From contig JAWLHJ010000004.1 of assembly GCA_041690395.1 (NCBI GenBank), positions 192,001 through 256,000 of the forward strand: 64,000 nucleotides of DNA, written 5' to 3'. The position numbers and the translations under genes were made by a program. The DNA comes from Longimicrobiales bacterium (lineage in GTDB: Bacteria > Gemmatimonadota > Gemmatimonadetes > Longimicrobiales > Gaopeijiaceae). This document shows, one piece after another, positions 27,710-38,353 of the stretch. The first letter of the stretch is position 1; every line of letters starts with the position of its first letter. A model generated the notes under the pieces. It ran no database searches. It saw only the letters and a list, made by a program, of their open reading frames with translations, and had not been told where the DNA came from.

Positions 27710-29659
27710 GTGAGCCTGCTCAGCCCCTGGTTCCTCATGGCCTCCGCGGCCGTGGCCGTCCCGCTCTTCCTTCACCTCTTCCACAAGCGGAAGACCGTCC
27801 GGATCAGCTTTCCGGCGCTCCGGTATCTCGAGCGCACGGAGCGGGAGCATGCGCACGAGATCCGGTTCCGTCAGATCCTGCTGCTCCTGGCGCGGATCGG
27901 CGCGATCGTCCTGCTCGTACTTGCCGGCGCCAGGCCGCTGATCCCGGGCCCCGGCACGGCTCATCCTCCGACGGCCGTCGCCATCGTGCTCGACAACTCG
28001 ATGAGCAGCGGCCTGGTCGTGGGTGACGAGAGGCGGCTGGATCGGCTGAAGGCGATCGCGGAGCGGAGCCTGGACGCAGCGGGCCCCGACGACCTCTTCT
28101 GGGTGCTCCGCGCCGGCGAGCCTTGGCTCCCGGCCGCGCTGGGAACCGCGGACGATGCCCGCGAAGCCGTTCGCGCGTCCGAGGTGAGCGCCGCGCGCGG
28201 CGACGTCACGGCCGCGCTCCGGAGAGCCGTCGACCTGGTCGGCGCCTCGTCGCTCGAGCATCGTGAGATCCACCTGGTTTCGGATCTCCAGGCCACCGCC
28301 TTCGACCTCTCGGTGCCCGGGCCGGCCGGCTCGATACCGGTGGTCACTTGGGCGCCCGACGACGATCCGCCGCCGAACCGTGCCCTGGTCGAGCTTCTCG
28401 TCGGCAGCGGCCTCGCCCCTGTCGAGGGGCAGCGGGCCGACCTGTCCGTCCGGCTGTCCGAAGGTCCAGACGGCGCCGAGCCGATCGGCGTGCGTGCGCT
28501 TCTAGACGGACGGATCCGGGCCGCCGGAACGGCCCCGCCCGGAGCGGTCGCGACGCTGCCTCTTCCCTCGACGGGAGCCGGCTGGGTCGTCGGCGTGGTC
28601 GAGTCGGATCCGGACGCGCTCAGCCTCGACGACCGACGATACTTCGCGTTCCGTTCGCGGCCGCCGCCGGCCGTCCACGTCGTGGGAGAGCCGGGTCGTT
28701 TCGCGCGCGAAGCCCTCGGGGTGCTGGAGGACGCGCTCCGGCTGCGGACCGGGGGGGGCGGGGAGGGTGCGGAGCTGCGCGTCTCGGTGGGCGGAGCGGG
28801 GTTGTCCGAGGCGCCGACGGCCCGCGCCTACCTCGTGGTGCCGCCCGCCGATCCGACCCTGCTCCCTGCCCTCGACGTGCGTCTTCGCTCGGCCGGCGTA
28901 CCCTGGCGGCTCAGCGCGCGGGCGGCCTCGGGCGGAGCGGAGCTCGCTGGTTCCGGCCTCCCTCCCGGACTCGCGGGGGTCTCGGTCGACTCGTGGTACG
29001 CCATCGAGCCGACGGGGGAGGCGACGTCGCAGAGCCGCGTGCTCGCCGAAGTGGCCGGCGAGCCCTGGCTCGTCGAGAGCCGGACGGCCGCGGGCGAGCC
29101 CGTGCTCCTGCTTGCGTCCCCGCTCGACCCGGCGTCGTCGTCCCTGCCTGTCTCCGCGGGGCTGGTGCGGTTTCTCGACTGGGCGGCCGGCGGCTGGACG
29201 GGACCGGGGAGCTCGGGCTCCGAGCAGCTGGCCGGCCAGCCGCTGCCGGCCCCGGCAGGCGCCACCCACGTCGTCCTCCCCTCGGGCGACACCCTGGCGG
29301 TGGACGGAACCCGCACCGTCTCCGCCACCGGCAGCGTGGGTCACTACGGCTTCATCGCGTCCGACACGGTCGTCGCGTGGGTCGCGGTCAACCCCGCACC
29401 GGCGGAGTCGGACCTCTCACGCCTCGGTGACGACGAGCTGGAACGCGCCGCCGGGGACAACGTCGTGGTCGCCTCGAGCGAGGCCGCCTGGGCCCGCTCG
29501 GTGTTCCGCGAGCGCACCGGTCCCGAGATCTGGTGGCCGCTCCTGCTCCTGGCCGCGCTCGTGCTCCTCGTGGAGTCGCGGCTGGCCGCGGCCGGGACCC
29601 AATCGCCGACCCCTACGCGTACCTCGAACGACACCGTCCCGGCCCATGGCGCTTCCTGA
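27710..29659 (+). CDS. BatA N-terminal / vWA domain membrane protein
   Basis: PLFLHLF....ISFPALRYL (BatA), MIDAS-like DNSMSS, VSDLQ, VNP..ESDL and a C-terminal TM helix. Confidence 0.85.
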   Translation: MSLLSPWFLMASAAVAVPLFLHLFHKRKTVRISFPALRYLERTEREHAHEIRFRQILLLLARIGAIVLLVLAGARPLIPGPGTAHPPTAVAIVLDNSMSSGLVVGDERRLDRLKAIAERSLDAAGPDDLFWVLRAGEPWLPAALGTADDAREAVRASEVSAARGDVTAALRRAVDLVGASSLEHREIHLVSDLQATAFDLSVPGPAGSIPVVTWAPDDDPPPNRALVELLVGSGLAPVEGQRADLSVRLSEGPDGAEPIGVRALLDGRIRAAGTAPPGAVATLPLPSTGAGWVVGVVESDPDALSLDDRRYFAFRSRPPPAVHVVGEPGRFAREALGVLEDALRLRTGGGGEGAELRVSVGGAGLSEAPTARAYLVVPPADPTLLPALDVRLRSAGVPWRLSARAASGGAELAGSGLPPGLAGVSVDSWYAIEPTGEATSQSRVLAEVAGEPWLVESRTAAGEPVLLLASPLDPASSSLPVSAGLVRFLDWAAGGWTGPGSSGSEQLAGQPLPAPAGATHVVLPSGDTLAVDGTRTVSATGSVGHYGFIASDTVVAWVAVNPAPAESDLSRLGDDELERAAGDNVVVASSEAAWARSVFRERTGPEIWWPLLLLAALVLLVESRLAAAGTQSPTPTRTSNDTVPAHGAS

Positions 29660-32600
29660 TCCGATCCTGACCGCCCTTTCGAGCTGCGAGGCGGTCCGAG
29701 CCGTGGGAGGCTCCCTCCCCCGCCCCGGTATCGTCCTGACGCTCGGCGGGGTCCGCGGCGCGCTGGGTCCCGCCGTGGTGGCCGCGCTCCACGAGGCCGC
29801 CCCCGAGCGCATCTTCGTCTACATCGCGGAGGACCCGCAGGCGGCCTCGGCGGCCGAGGCGGACCTCGAAGTCCTGCTCGGCACGGACGGCTCGGCGCAC
29901 CTCTTCCCGCAGAAGGAAGCGCTCCCCTACGAGGAGCACGAGCCGCACCTCGAAATCGGTGGGCTTCGGGTCGAGGCGCTCGAAGCCGTCTTCTCCGGGC
30001 GCGCCCAGATCCTGGTCACCACCCCGCGAGGACTCCAGGAGAGGATTCCGGTGCCGGCCGACCTCGCGCACCTCCGGCGGACGATCCGGACCGGAGAAGA
30101 GACCGACTTCGCCGCCCTGATCGCCGACCTCGAAGCCTGGGGCTTCGAGCGGGTCGCCATGGTCGAGGAGGTCGGGCAGCTCGCGGTTCGCGGAGGCATC
30201 CTCGACCTCTTCTCGGTAGCGGCGGGGGAGCCCGTCCGGATCGAGTTCTGGGGCGACGAGGTCGTCTCGATCCGCACGTTCGACGTGCTCGACCAGCTAT
30301 CCACCGGGAAGCTCGAGGAGACACACGTGCTACCCGTCGACTTCCGTCGTTCGGCGGACGACGGGAACCTCGACGGCGGGGCGGTCACCCGCTCCCTCCT
30401 CGAGCTCCTCCCGGCCGACGCCGTCCTGACGCGCGGAGGCGACTGGGAGGTCTCCGAGGAAGCCGAGCACACCTGGGAGCGGGTCGTCACACTCCATGAC
30501 GACCTCGTCCACTCGGGCGCGACCCCTCCCGAGCCGGCGTCGCTCTTCGTGCCGCCCGACGAGATGGTCCGTCTGGTCGACGCCATGCCCCGACTGGTCC
30601 TGAGCGAAGGGGAGGACGCCGACCAGATGCTCGACTCCGGGCCGCCTCCGCTGATCGACCGGGACATGGGCAAGCTCGAGTCCTATCTCACCGACGGCGC
30701 CCGGGACGGCATCGAGACGCTCCTCCTTTGCGACAACGATGGTCAGCTGCAGCGGCTCGAGGAGATCCTCGGAGGCGTCGGCCGGATCCCGACCGGGACG
30801 CGGCTCGCCATCGGTTCGCTGCAGACCGGCTTCGAGCTCCGTTGCGGAGGGTCGATGCTGCGCGTGCTCAACGACCACGAGATCTTCCGGCGCCCGCGAC
30901 GGGTGCGCAGGAGCAGGAAGTTCCGGGGAGCCGTGGCCCTCGAGAGCCTCGCGCAGCTCACCCCGGGCGATCACGTCGTGCACATGGATCACGGGATCGG
31001 GCGCTTCGTGGGCCTCGAGCACATCGACGTCGCCGGCGACGAGATCGAGGTGCTGGCCATCGAGTACGCGGGCGGCGAGGTGCTCCGGCTGCCGGTCTAC
31101 CGGCTCGACCTGATCGAGCGCTGGGTGGGCGCCACCGAGGAGGCCAGGCCGACGGCGCTCCACCGGATCGGCGGGAAGCGCTGGAAGGCGCTGCGGAAGA
31201 AGACCGAGCAGGTCATCGAGGAGATGACGGCCGAGCTGCTCGAGCTCTACGCCCGGCGCGAGCATTCCGGAGGATTCGCGTTCAGCCCCGACACGCGCTG
31301 GCAGATGGAGATGGAGTCGTCGTTCCTCTACGAGGACACGCCCGACCAGCGGAAGGCCGCCGAGGACGTGAAGCGCGACATGGAGTCGTCCCGACCCATG
31401 GACCGCCTGGTGTGCGGCGACGTGGGGTATGGCAAGACCGAGGTCGCCATCCGGGCCGCCTTCAAGGCCGTCCAGGACAACAAGCAGGTGGCCGTGCTCG
31501 CGCCGACCACGATCCTCGCCGAGCAGCACCGCCACACGTTCGAGGAGCGGCTGGCGGACTACCCGGTCCGCATCGGCTCGCTCAGCCGGTTCCGCACCGC
31601 GGCGGAGCAGCGAGATCTCCTCGCGGGAGTGGCCGAGGGGTCCGTCGACATCGTGATCGGCACCCACCGGCTCCTGTCCGAGGACGTCGTCTTCAAGGAC
31701 CTGGGGCTCCTGATCGTCGACGAGGAGCAGCGCTTCGGGGTGAAGCACAAGGAGCGGCTCAAGAAGCTCAGGGCCTCGATCGACGTGCTCACCCTGACCG
31801 CCACGCCGATCCCCAGGACCCTCTACCTGTCCCTGTCGGGGATCCGTGACCTGTCGCTCATACGGACGCCACCGCGCGACCGCATGCCGATCTACACCCA
31901 CGTGCTCCCCTGGTCCGACCAGCTCCTGGCCGAAGCGCTCCACCGGGAGCTGGACCGGGGCGGGCAGGCGTTCTTCCTGCACAACCGCATCGAGACGATC
32001 TACACGATCGCCGAGGAGGTCCGGGGGCTGGCCCCCGAGGCGAAGGTCGGGGTCGCGCACGGCCAGATGACCGGTGCCGATCTCGACGAGGTCATGCGCG
32101 CGTTCGTGGACGGGGAGCTCGACGTCCTGGTCTGCTCCTCGATCATCGAGAACGGGCTGGACGTGCCGAACGCGAACACGCTGATCGTCGACGCGGCCGA
32201 CCGCTTCGGGCTCTCCCAGCTCTACCAGATCCGCGGCCGGGTCGGGCGCTCGGACCGGCGCGCGTACTGCTATCTGATCGTGCCGAACCAGGTGACCGAA
32301 GACGCCGAGCGCCGCCTGCGCGTGCTCGAGCACTACACCGAGCTCGGCTCGGGATACTCGGTCGCGATGCAGGACCTCGAGCTGCGGGGCGCCGGCAACC
32401 TTCTCGGCGCCGACCAGTCGGGCTTCGCGAACCAGATCGGCATGGATGCCTACATGCGGCTCTTGCACAAAACGGTGGACCGCCTGAGGAAGGGCGAGAC
32501 CGTCGACAGCTGGCCGGACCCGGACGTATCGCTCCCGGGTGCCGCGCTCCTTCCCGACGAGTACGTTTCAGATTCGAGCCAGAAGCTCCATCTTTACCGG

Positions 32601-32969
32601 CGCCTCTCCAAGGTGGAGGATCCGGCCGAGGTCGGGGCGGTCCGTGACGAGCTCATCGACCGTTTCGGCCCGCTCCCGGAAGAGGCCCGGCGTCTCCTCG
32701 ACGCGACGCTGCTCCGGGTGTTGGGACGTCCGCTCGGCGTCGAACGGATCCTCGTGCGACGCGAGTCGGCAAGGATCACATTCCGTGAGGGAGTGGTCCC
32801 GAAGCTGTCGGTGCTCGAGGGACCGCTCCGGAAGCGGCACGCGCATGCCGAGATCCTGCGGATGACTCCGTTGTCCGTGCAACTCGAGCGGGTCGGGTCG
32901 GACTCCATCATGGAGACGCTGACCGTCGCGCTCGAAACGCTCCGCGGCGGCCGTTCCGCCGCAGCATGA
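29646..32969 (+). CDS. mfd: Transcription-repair coupling factor
   Basis: RGGILD, VVHMDHGIG, GDVGYGKTEVA, DEEQRFG, TATPIPRT, QIRGRVGRS, DLELRGAGNLLG. Start re-called at ATG 29646. Confidence 0.97.
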   Translation: MALPDPILTALSSCEAVRAVGGSLPRPGIVLTLGGVRGALGPAVVAALHEAAPERIFVYIAEDPQAASAAEADLEVLLGTDGSAHLFPQKEALPYEEHEPHLEIGGLRVEALEAVFSGRAQILVTTPRGLQERIPVPADLAHLRRTIRTGEETDFAALIADLEAWGFERVAMVEEVGQLAVRGGILDLFSVAAGEPVRIEFWGDEVVSIRTFDVLDQLSTGKLEETHVLPVDFRRSADDGNLDGGAVTRSLLELLPADAVLTRGGDWEVSEEAEHTWERVVTLHDDLVHSGATPPEPASLFVPPDEMVRLVDAMPRLVLSEGEDADQMLDSGPPPLIDRDMGKLESYLTDGARDGIETLLLCDNDGQLQRLEEILGGVGRIPTGTRLAIGSLQTGFELRCGGSMLRVLNDHEIFRRPRRVRRSRKFRGAVALESLAQLTPGDHVVHMDHGIGRFVGLEHIDVAGDEIEVLAIEYAGGEVLRLPVYRLDLIERWVGATEEARPTALHRIGGKRWKALRKKTEQVIEEMTAELLELYARREHSGGFAFSPDTRWQMEMESSFLYEDTPDQRKAAEDVKRDMESSRPMDRLVCGDVGYGKTEVAIRAAFKAVQDNKQVAVLAPTTILAEQHRHTFEERLADYPVRIGSLSRFRTAAEQRDLLAGVAEGSVDIVIGTHRLLSEDVVFKDLGLLIVDEEQRFGVKHKERLKKLRASIDVLTLTATPIPRTLYLSLSGIRDLSLIRTPPRDRMPIYTHVLPWSDQLLAEALHRELDRGGQAFFLHNRIETIYTIAEEVRGLAPEAKVGVAHGQMTGADLDEVMRAFVDGELDVLVCSSIIENGLDVPNANTLIVDAADRFGLSQLYQIRGRVGRSDRRAYCYLIVPNQVTEDAERRLRVLEHYTELGSGYSVAMQDLELRGAGNLLGADQSGFANQIGMDAYMRLLHKTVDRLRKGETVDSWPDPDVSLPGAALLPDEYVSDSSQKLHLYRRLSKVEDPAEVGAVRDELIDRFGPLPEEARRLLDATLLRVLGRPLGVERILVRRESARITFREGVVPKLSVLEGPLRKRHAHAEILRMTPLSVQLERVGSDSIMETLTVALETLRGGRSAAA

Positions 32970-34447
32970 ACCGAATCACCTACCGAGGTCCTGACATCAT
33001 GAAGGCACTGTCCACCGGGAAGACGTACCGGCTGCTCCTCTGCGCGCTCGGCCCCGTCGCTCTGGCCGCGTGCGCCGACGACAGCACGGACGCCGAGACG
33101 GTCGCTCGCGTCGACGGATACCGGTTGACGGTCGACGAGCTGGTCGAGCTGACGGTCGACGACGAAGAGCTTCCCGTGAGCGCCGACGTCGTCGAAGCCC
33201 TCGCCGGCCTCTGGATCGACTACACGCTCTTCGCCGAGGTCGCGGCGAACGACTCGACGCTCGAGGCGATCGACTTCACGCCGCTGGTCCGGGCCCGGCT
33301 CGATCAGGAGGCGTTGGGCGCGTTGGGTGATTCAGCGATCCAGGCGGACACCATCGTAACCGAGGCGGACGCCCGGGCGTGGTACGAGACGTCCGGCGAA
33401 GGCGTGCGCTTCCGGGCGAGTCACATCATGCTCCAGTATCCGCCGCAGGCGACCCAGCCCCAGAGGGACAGCGTGCGCGAGCGGCTCTCGAGCATCCGAG
33501 ACGACATCCTCGGCGGTGCTTCCTTCGAGGCGACGGCCCGCGAGGTCAGTCAGGACCCGGGGAGCGCGCGGCAGGGCGGAGACCTCGGATACTTCTCGCC
33601 CGGCGACCTGGTGCGTCCGTTCGAGGAGGCCGTCGAGGCACTCCAGCCCGGTGAGATGAGCGACGTCGTCGCCACTCCGATGGGACTCCACCTCATCCGA
33701 TTGGAGGACCGAGAGCGGCCCGACTTCGCCGAGGTCTCCACCGATGTGGTCGCCCGCCTCCGAATGGAGCGGCTCCAGCAGGCCGAGTCGCTCTACGTGG
33801 CCGGCGTGGAGGAACGCGCCGGCGAGCTAACCGTGGTCGATGGCGCCGTCGAAGTGGCCCGCGACCTCGCACGGAGCCCGTCGGTCAGCCTGTCCGGGCG
33901 CGCCGCCCGGCGGCCACTCGTGGAGTGGGGATCCGGCTCGCTCTCGGCGGCCCGCTATCTCGAGCTGCTCAGGCTCGAGCCACCGGTCTTCCACGAGCAG
34001 GTCGCGAACGGAAGCGTGGAGGCACTGGAGGACTTCCTCGGCGCACTCGCCCGCAGGGAGCTGATCCTGGAGGAAGCGGAGGGCATGGGTCTCACCGCCT
34101 CCCGCGAGCGCGTCGATTCCCTCACCGCGGAGGCGGCGAGTCAGATCCGTGAGGCAGCGCGCCGGCTCGACCTGATCCCGTTGGAGCGCGCCCCGGGCGA
34201 AGACCTCGAGCGGGCCGTCCAGCGCGCGGTCCTCGGCGCGCTCGAGGACAACCTCTCGGGCGCCAACCCGTCGATCCCGCTCGGGCCGCTCTCGTACCAG
34301 CTCCGTTCGGGACATGCTCATTCGATCTCCAACGCCGGCGTGGGTCGCGCCGTGCTCGAGCTGGGACGGCAGCGCGCGGCGCGCGGCGCTTCGCCGATGG
34401 ACAACGCCGTACCGCTCGACTCGACGCCGTCCGGAGGTGGCTCTTGA
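32966..34447 (+). CDS. Parvulin-type peptidyl-prolyl isomerase, lipoprotein
   Basis: Lipobox LAAC, ASHIM, SQDPGSARQGGDLG, PFEEA, TPMGLHLI. Alternative start ATG 32999. Confidence 0.88.
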   Translation: MNRITYRGPDIMKALSTGKTYRLLLCALGPVALAACADDSTDAETVARVDGYRLTVDELVELTVDDEELPVSADVVEALAGLWIDYTLFAEVAANDSTLEAIDFTPLVRARLDQEALGALGDSAIQADTIVTEADARAWYETSGEGVRFRASHIMLQYPPQATQPQRDSVRERLSSIRDDILGGASFEATAREVSQDPGSARQGGDLGYFSPGDLVRPFEEAVEALQPGEMSDVVATPMGLHLIRLEDRERPDFAEVSTDVVARLRMERLQQAESLYVAGVEERAGELTVVDGAVEVARDLARSPSVSLSGRAARRPLVEWGSGSLSAARYLELLRLEPPVFHEQVANGSVEALEDFLGALARRELILEEAEGMGLTASRERVDSLTAEAASQIREAARRLDLIPLERAPGEDLERAVQRAVLGALEDNLSGANPSIPLGPLSYQLRSGHAHSISNAGVGRAVLELGRQRAARGASPMDNAVPLDSTPSGGGS

Positions 34448-34485
34448 GCCGGAACACCGCCCAGCGCGGAGGGTTACGAACGGCC

Positions 34486-35793
34486 ATGCTGACACGCGTT
34501 CTGTTGCTGGCCTCGTGCCTCGTCTCCATCGCCGTCCCCGCCTCCAGTCAGATCACCCCCGGAGAGGCGGTGGTCGACCGCGTCGTCGCCATCGTGGGAG
34601 ACTCGGTGGTCCTCCAGTCGCAGATCGAGGAGGAGATCCAGCGGATGCGGCTGCAGCAGGCCCAGGTTCCCGCCGACGGAGATCCGGCGTACGACCAGTT
34701 CTTCCAGGGCATCCTGGATTCCTGGGTGAGCCGCGTCCTGGTGCTCCACGCCGCCGCCCAGGACACCCTGATCAAGCCGGACGAGGCGACCATCGAGCAA
34801 CGCGTGTCGGCCGAGATCGAGCGGCTGATCGAGCAGTTCGGCGGCCGGCCGGCGCTCATGGAGGCACTCGGCGGGGAGGGGCTCACGCTCTCGGAGTATC
34901 GTGACATCCTCTCCAACCAGGCCCGTCAGGAGCAGGTGCAGCAGATGTTCATCCAGAGCCGGCTGCGCAACGCCAGGCCAGCGGACGTCTCCGAAGACGA
35001 GCTCCGGGCCCGCTTCGCGCAGGCGAGCGGCCAGCTCCAGCAGCGTCCCCGCCTGCTCACGTTCCGGCAGGTGGTCGTGCTGCCGGAGGCGTCCGAGGCC
35101 GCCCGGGAGGAGGCTCGCGCCCTCGCCGAAGACCTCCTGGAGCGCATCCGCGACGGTGAGGACTTCGAACAGCTGGCGCGGCGGTACTCCGAGGACCCCG
35201 GATCAGCTCAGCTCGGCGGCGACCTCGGCTGGTTCCGGCGGGGACGGATGGTCCGGGAGTTCGAGGACGTGGCGTTCGCGCTCCGTGACGGCGCCGTGAG
35301 CAACGTCGTCGAGTCGGATTTCGGCTACCACATCATCAAGGCCGAACGGTCGCGTCCGGGTGAGCGACAGGCACGGCACATCCTGATCATCCCCGACATC
35401 TCGGAGGACGATGTGGAGCGGGCCCGCGCCGTCGCCGAGCAGGTGGCCGCGGAGGCCCGGGCCGGCGCGTCGATGGATTCGCTCTATCTCGAGCACTCCG
35501 ACCTCGCTGCGCCGGACTCGCTCACGCTCACCTTCGACCAGATCGCGGAGCTCCCCCGGGGATACGGGGCCATCCGCACTGCCAGCGCGGGCGACGTCCT
35601 CGGTCCTCTGGACTACGAGGGTCAGGGCGAGCAGCGCTTCGCCGTGGTCAAGGTCCAGGAGATCCGCGAAGCGGGCGCGTACACGTTCGAGGACGTCCGG
35701 AACCAGCTGGCCAACCAGGTGCAGCAGGAGAAGCAGCTCGAGCGGATCATCAGCGACCTGCGAGAGCAGACGTACATCGAGATCCTGAGGTAG
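34486..35793 (+). CDS. surA: SurA-like periplasmic chaperone/PPIase
   Basis: VDRVVAIVG, SEDPGSAQLGGDLGW, SDFGYHII, ARHILI. Upstream of pdxA as in the classic surA-pdxA order. Confidence 0.85.
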   Translation: MLTRVLLLASCLVSIAVPASSQITPGEAVVDRVVAIVGDSVVLQSQIEEEIQRMRLQQAQVPADGDPAYDQFFQGILDSWVSRVLVLHAAAQDTLIKPDEATIEQRVSAEIERLIEQFGGRPALMEALGGEGLTLSEYRDILSNQARQEQVQQMFIQSRLRNARPADVSEDELRARFAQASGQLQQRPRLLTFRQVVVLPEASEAAREEARALAEDLLERIRDGEDFEQLARRYSEDPGSAQLGGDLGWFRRGRMVREFEDVAFALRDGAVSNVVESDFGYHIIKAERSRPGERQARHILIIPDISEDDVERARAVAEQVAAEARAGASMDSLYLEHSDLAAPDSLTLTFDQIAELPRGYGAIRTASAGDVLGPLDYEGQGEQRFAVVKVQEIREAGAYTFEDVRNQLANQVQQEKQLERIISDLREQTYIEILR

Positions 35794-35797
35794 CGCC

Positions 35798-36769
35798 GTA
35801 GCCTCTCCTCCTGGCCTCCGCGTCGCGATCACGCCGGGTGATCCGCGGGGTATCGGCCCCGAGGTCGCGTTGGCCGCCCTGCGGTCGCTCGACGTGGGAG
35901 AGATGGGGTTCGAGCCGATCCTGGTCGGCCCGGACCGAGCGGAGCCGTGGAGGTCGGGCGCCGAGCCGGCGGCCGGGACGTGGGTCCCGGATCGGTCCGT
36001 GCTGGACGACCGGAAGGCCGGCGGCTTTGCCGCGGAAGCGATCGAGCGCGCGGTGGCCATGGCGATGGACGGCTCCGTGCACGCGGTCGTGACGGCCCCG
36101 ATCCACAAGCCGTCCCTGCACGCGGCCGGGCGGCACTTCCCGGGGCACACGGAGATGCTCCAGGCGCTGGCGGGAGCTCCCGCCGTCGGCATGCTGATGG
36201 CCGCCGAGCGCACCCGCCTGGACGGGCCTCTCCGGGTCCTGCTCGCGACCACGCACGTGGCGCTGGCGAGCGTTCCCGAGCTGCTGTCCGCAGACGTCCT
36301 GGTCACCCAGACGACGCTGCTCCACGAGGCGCTCGCGAACGACTGGGGCATCGCGGTGCCGAAGATCGCCCTCTGTGCCTTCAACCCGCACGCTTCCGAC
36401 GGCGGGCTCTTCGGCGACGAGGAGGCCAGGGTCTACGGGCCCGCCCTCGAGCGCCTCGAGGCCGCCGGAATCCACGCGGCGGGGCCGTTGCCGGCGGACA
36501 CCGTGTTCCAGCGAGCCATCGCCGGCGCGTTCGATGCCGTCGTCGCTCCCTACCACGACGTCGGCATGGCCGCGTTCAAGACCGTCTCGTTCGGCACCGG
36601 CGTGAACGTGACCCTCGGCCTCCCGTTCGTCCGCACGTCTCCCGACCATGGCACCGCGTTCGACCTGGCGGGGACCGGACGGGCCGATTCCACCTCGATG
36701 CGAGAGGCCATCGAGCTCGCCGTCCGCCTGGCTCGCACGCGCTTTGACAGGGCCTCCGGGCGTGTCTAA
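35798..36769 (+). CDS. pdxA: 4-hydroxythreonine-4-phosphate dehydrogenase (start codon non-canonical, see findings)
   Basis: VAITPGDPRGIGPE, TAPIHK, GHTE, NPHA, PADT, YHD, NVTLGLPFVRTSPDHGTAFD. Confidence 0.93.
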   Translation, partial: VASPPGLRVAITPGDPRGIGPEVALAALRSLDVGEMGFEPILVGPDRAEPWRSGAEPAAGTWVPDRSVLDDRKAGGFAAEAIERAVAMAMDGSVHAVVTAPIHKPSLHAAGRHFPGHTEMLQALAGAPAVGMLMAAERTRLDGPLRVLLATTHVALASVPELLSADVLVTQTTLLHEALANDWGIAVPKIALCAFNPHASDGGLFGDEEARVYGPALERLEAAGIHAAGPLPADTVFQRAIAGAFDAVVAPYHDVGMAAFKTVSFGTGVNVTLGLPFVRTSPDHGTAFDLAGTGRADSTSMREAIELAVRLARTRFDRASGRV

Positions 36770-36772
36770 GCT
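36744..36772 (+). promoter_or_regulatory. Putative internal sigma70 promoter for ftsEX-envC at the 3' end of pdxA
   Basis: TTGACA-N17-TAAGCT. Confidence 0.55.
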
Positions 36773-36805
36773 TTCGCGTCACGGCCCCCTTCCCCGCCCG
36801 CTCCG

Positions 36806-37492
<687 letters not shown>

Positions 37493-37495
37493 CGC

Positions 37496-38350
37496 GTGTA
37501 CGCCATCAGGGAAGCCCTCGCCGCCTTCCGCCGCACTCCGCTCCTGACCGGACTTTCCGCCGCCATGGTTGGGCTCGCGCTCCTCGTGGTGGGGTTGTTC
37601 GGGCTCGCCGCCCATAACCTCGACCTGGCGCTCGCGTCGATCGAGGAACGTGTCGAGGTCGTCGCCTACCTCCGCGACGACGTGCGCCAGAACGAGATCG
37701 ACCTCGCGCTGCAGGAGATCTCCTCGTTGGAGCAGGTGCGCTCGGTCCGCTACATCTCGAAGCGCGACGCGCTGGAGCGCGCGCGCGCCGACCTCCCCGA
37801 CTTCGGAGCGCTCTTCTCGGACCTGGCCGTCAATCCCCTACCGCAGTCCCTGGAGATCGAGCTGAGGCCGGGGGCGCGTGACCCCGCCATGGTCGACCGG
37901 GTCGCCGAGGCGGCCATGGCCTACCCGTTCGTGGAAGACGCCCGCTACGGCCGGGAGTGGGTCGACCGGCTCTTCACCCTCCGACGCGTCGGCGCGGGCG
38001 CCACCGCGGTCCTGGGCGGGGCCTTCGCGCTGGTCGCCGCGCTCATCATCGCGACCGCGCTCCGGATCGCCATCTTCGCGCGTCGGGACGAGATCTACGT
38101 GATGCGGCTGGTCGGCGCGCGCAACGGCTTCATAAGGCGGCCCTTCCTCGTGGAGGGCGCCATGGCCGGCCTGTTGGGCGGGCTCATCGCGTGGGGCCTG
38201 ACCTACGCCGCCTACCGCTCCGTCTACGCGTCGCTCTTCGAGATCGCCTGGATCCCGGACCCCTGGGTCCTCGCCGGGATCGGTGGCGGGGTCCTGTTCG
38301 GCATCCTGTCCAGCGCGCTGGCGGTTCGACGGCACCTCCGGGAGATCTGA
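37496..38350 (+). CDS. ftsX: Cell division permease
   Basis: Four-TM pattern, NPLP, RRDEIYVMRLVGA..FIRRPFLVEG. Confidence 0.93.
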   Translation: MYAIREALAAFRRTPLLTGLSAAMVGLALLVVGLFGLAAHNLDLALASIEERVEVVAYLRDDVRQNEIDLALQEISSLEQVRSVRYISKRDALERARADLPDFGALFSDLAVNPLPQSLEIELRPGARDPAMVDRVAEAAMAYPFVEDARYGREWVDRLFTLRRVGAGATAVLGGAFALVAALIIATALRIAIFARRDEIYVMRLVGARNGFIRRPFLVEGAMAGLLGGLIAWGLTYAAYRSVYASLFEIAWIPDPWVLAGIGGGVLFGILSSALAVRRHLREI

Positions 38351-38353
38351 GCC

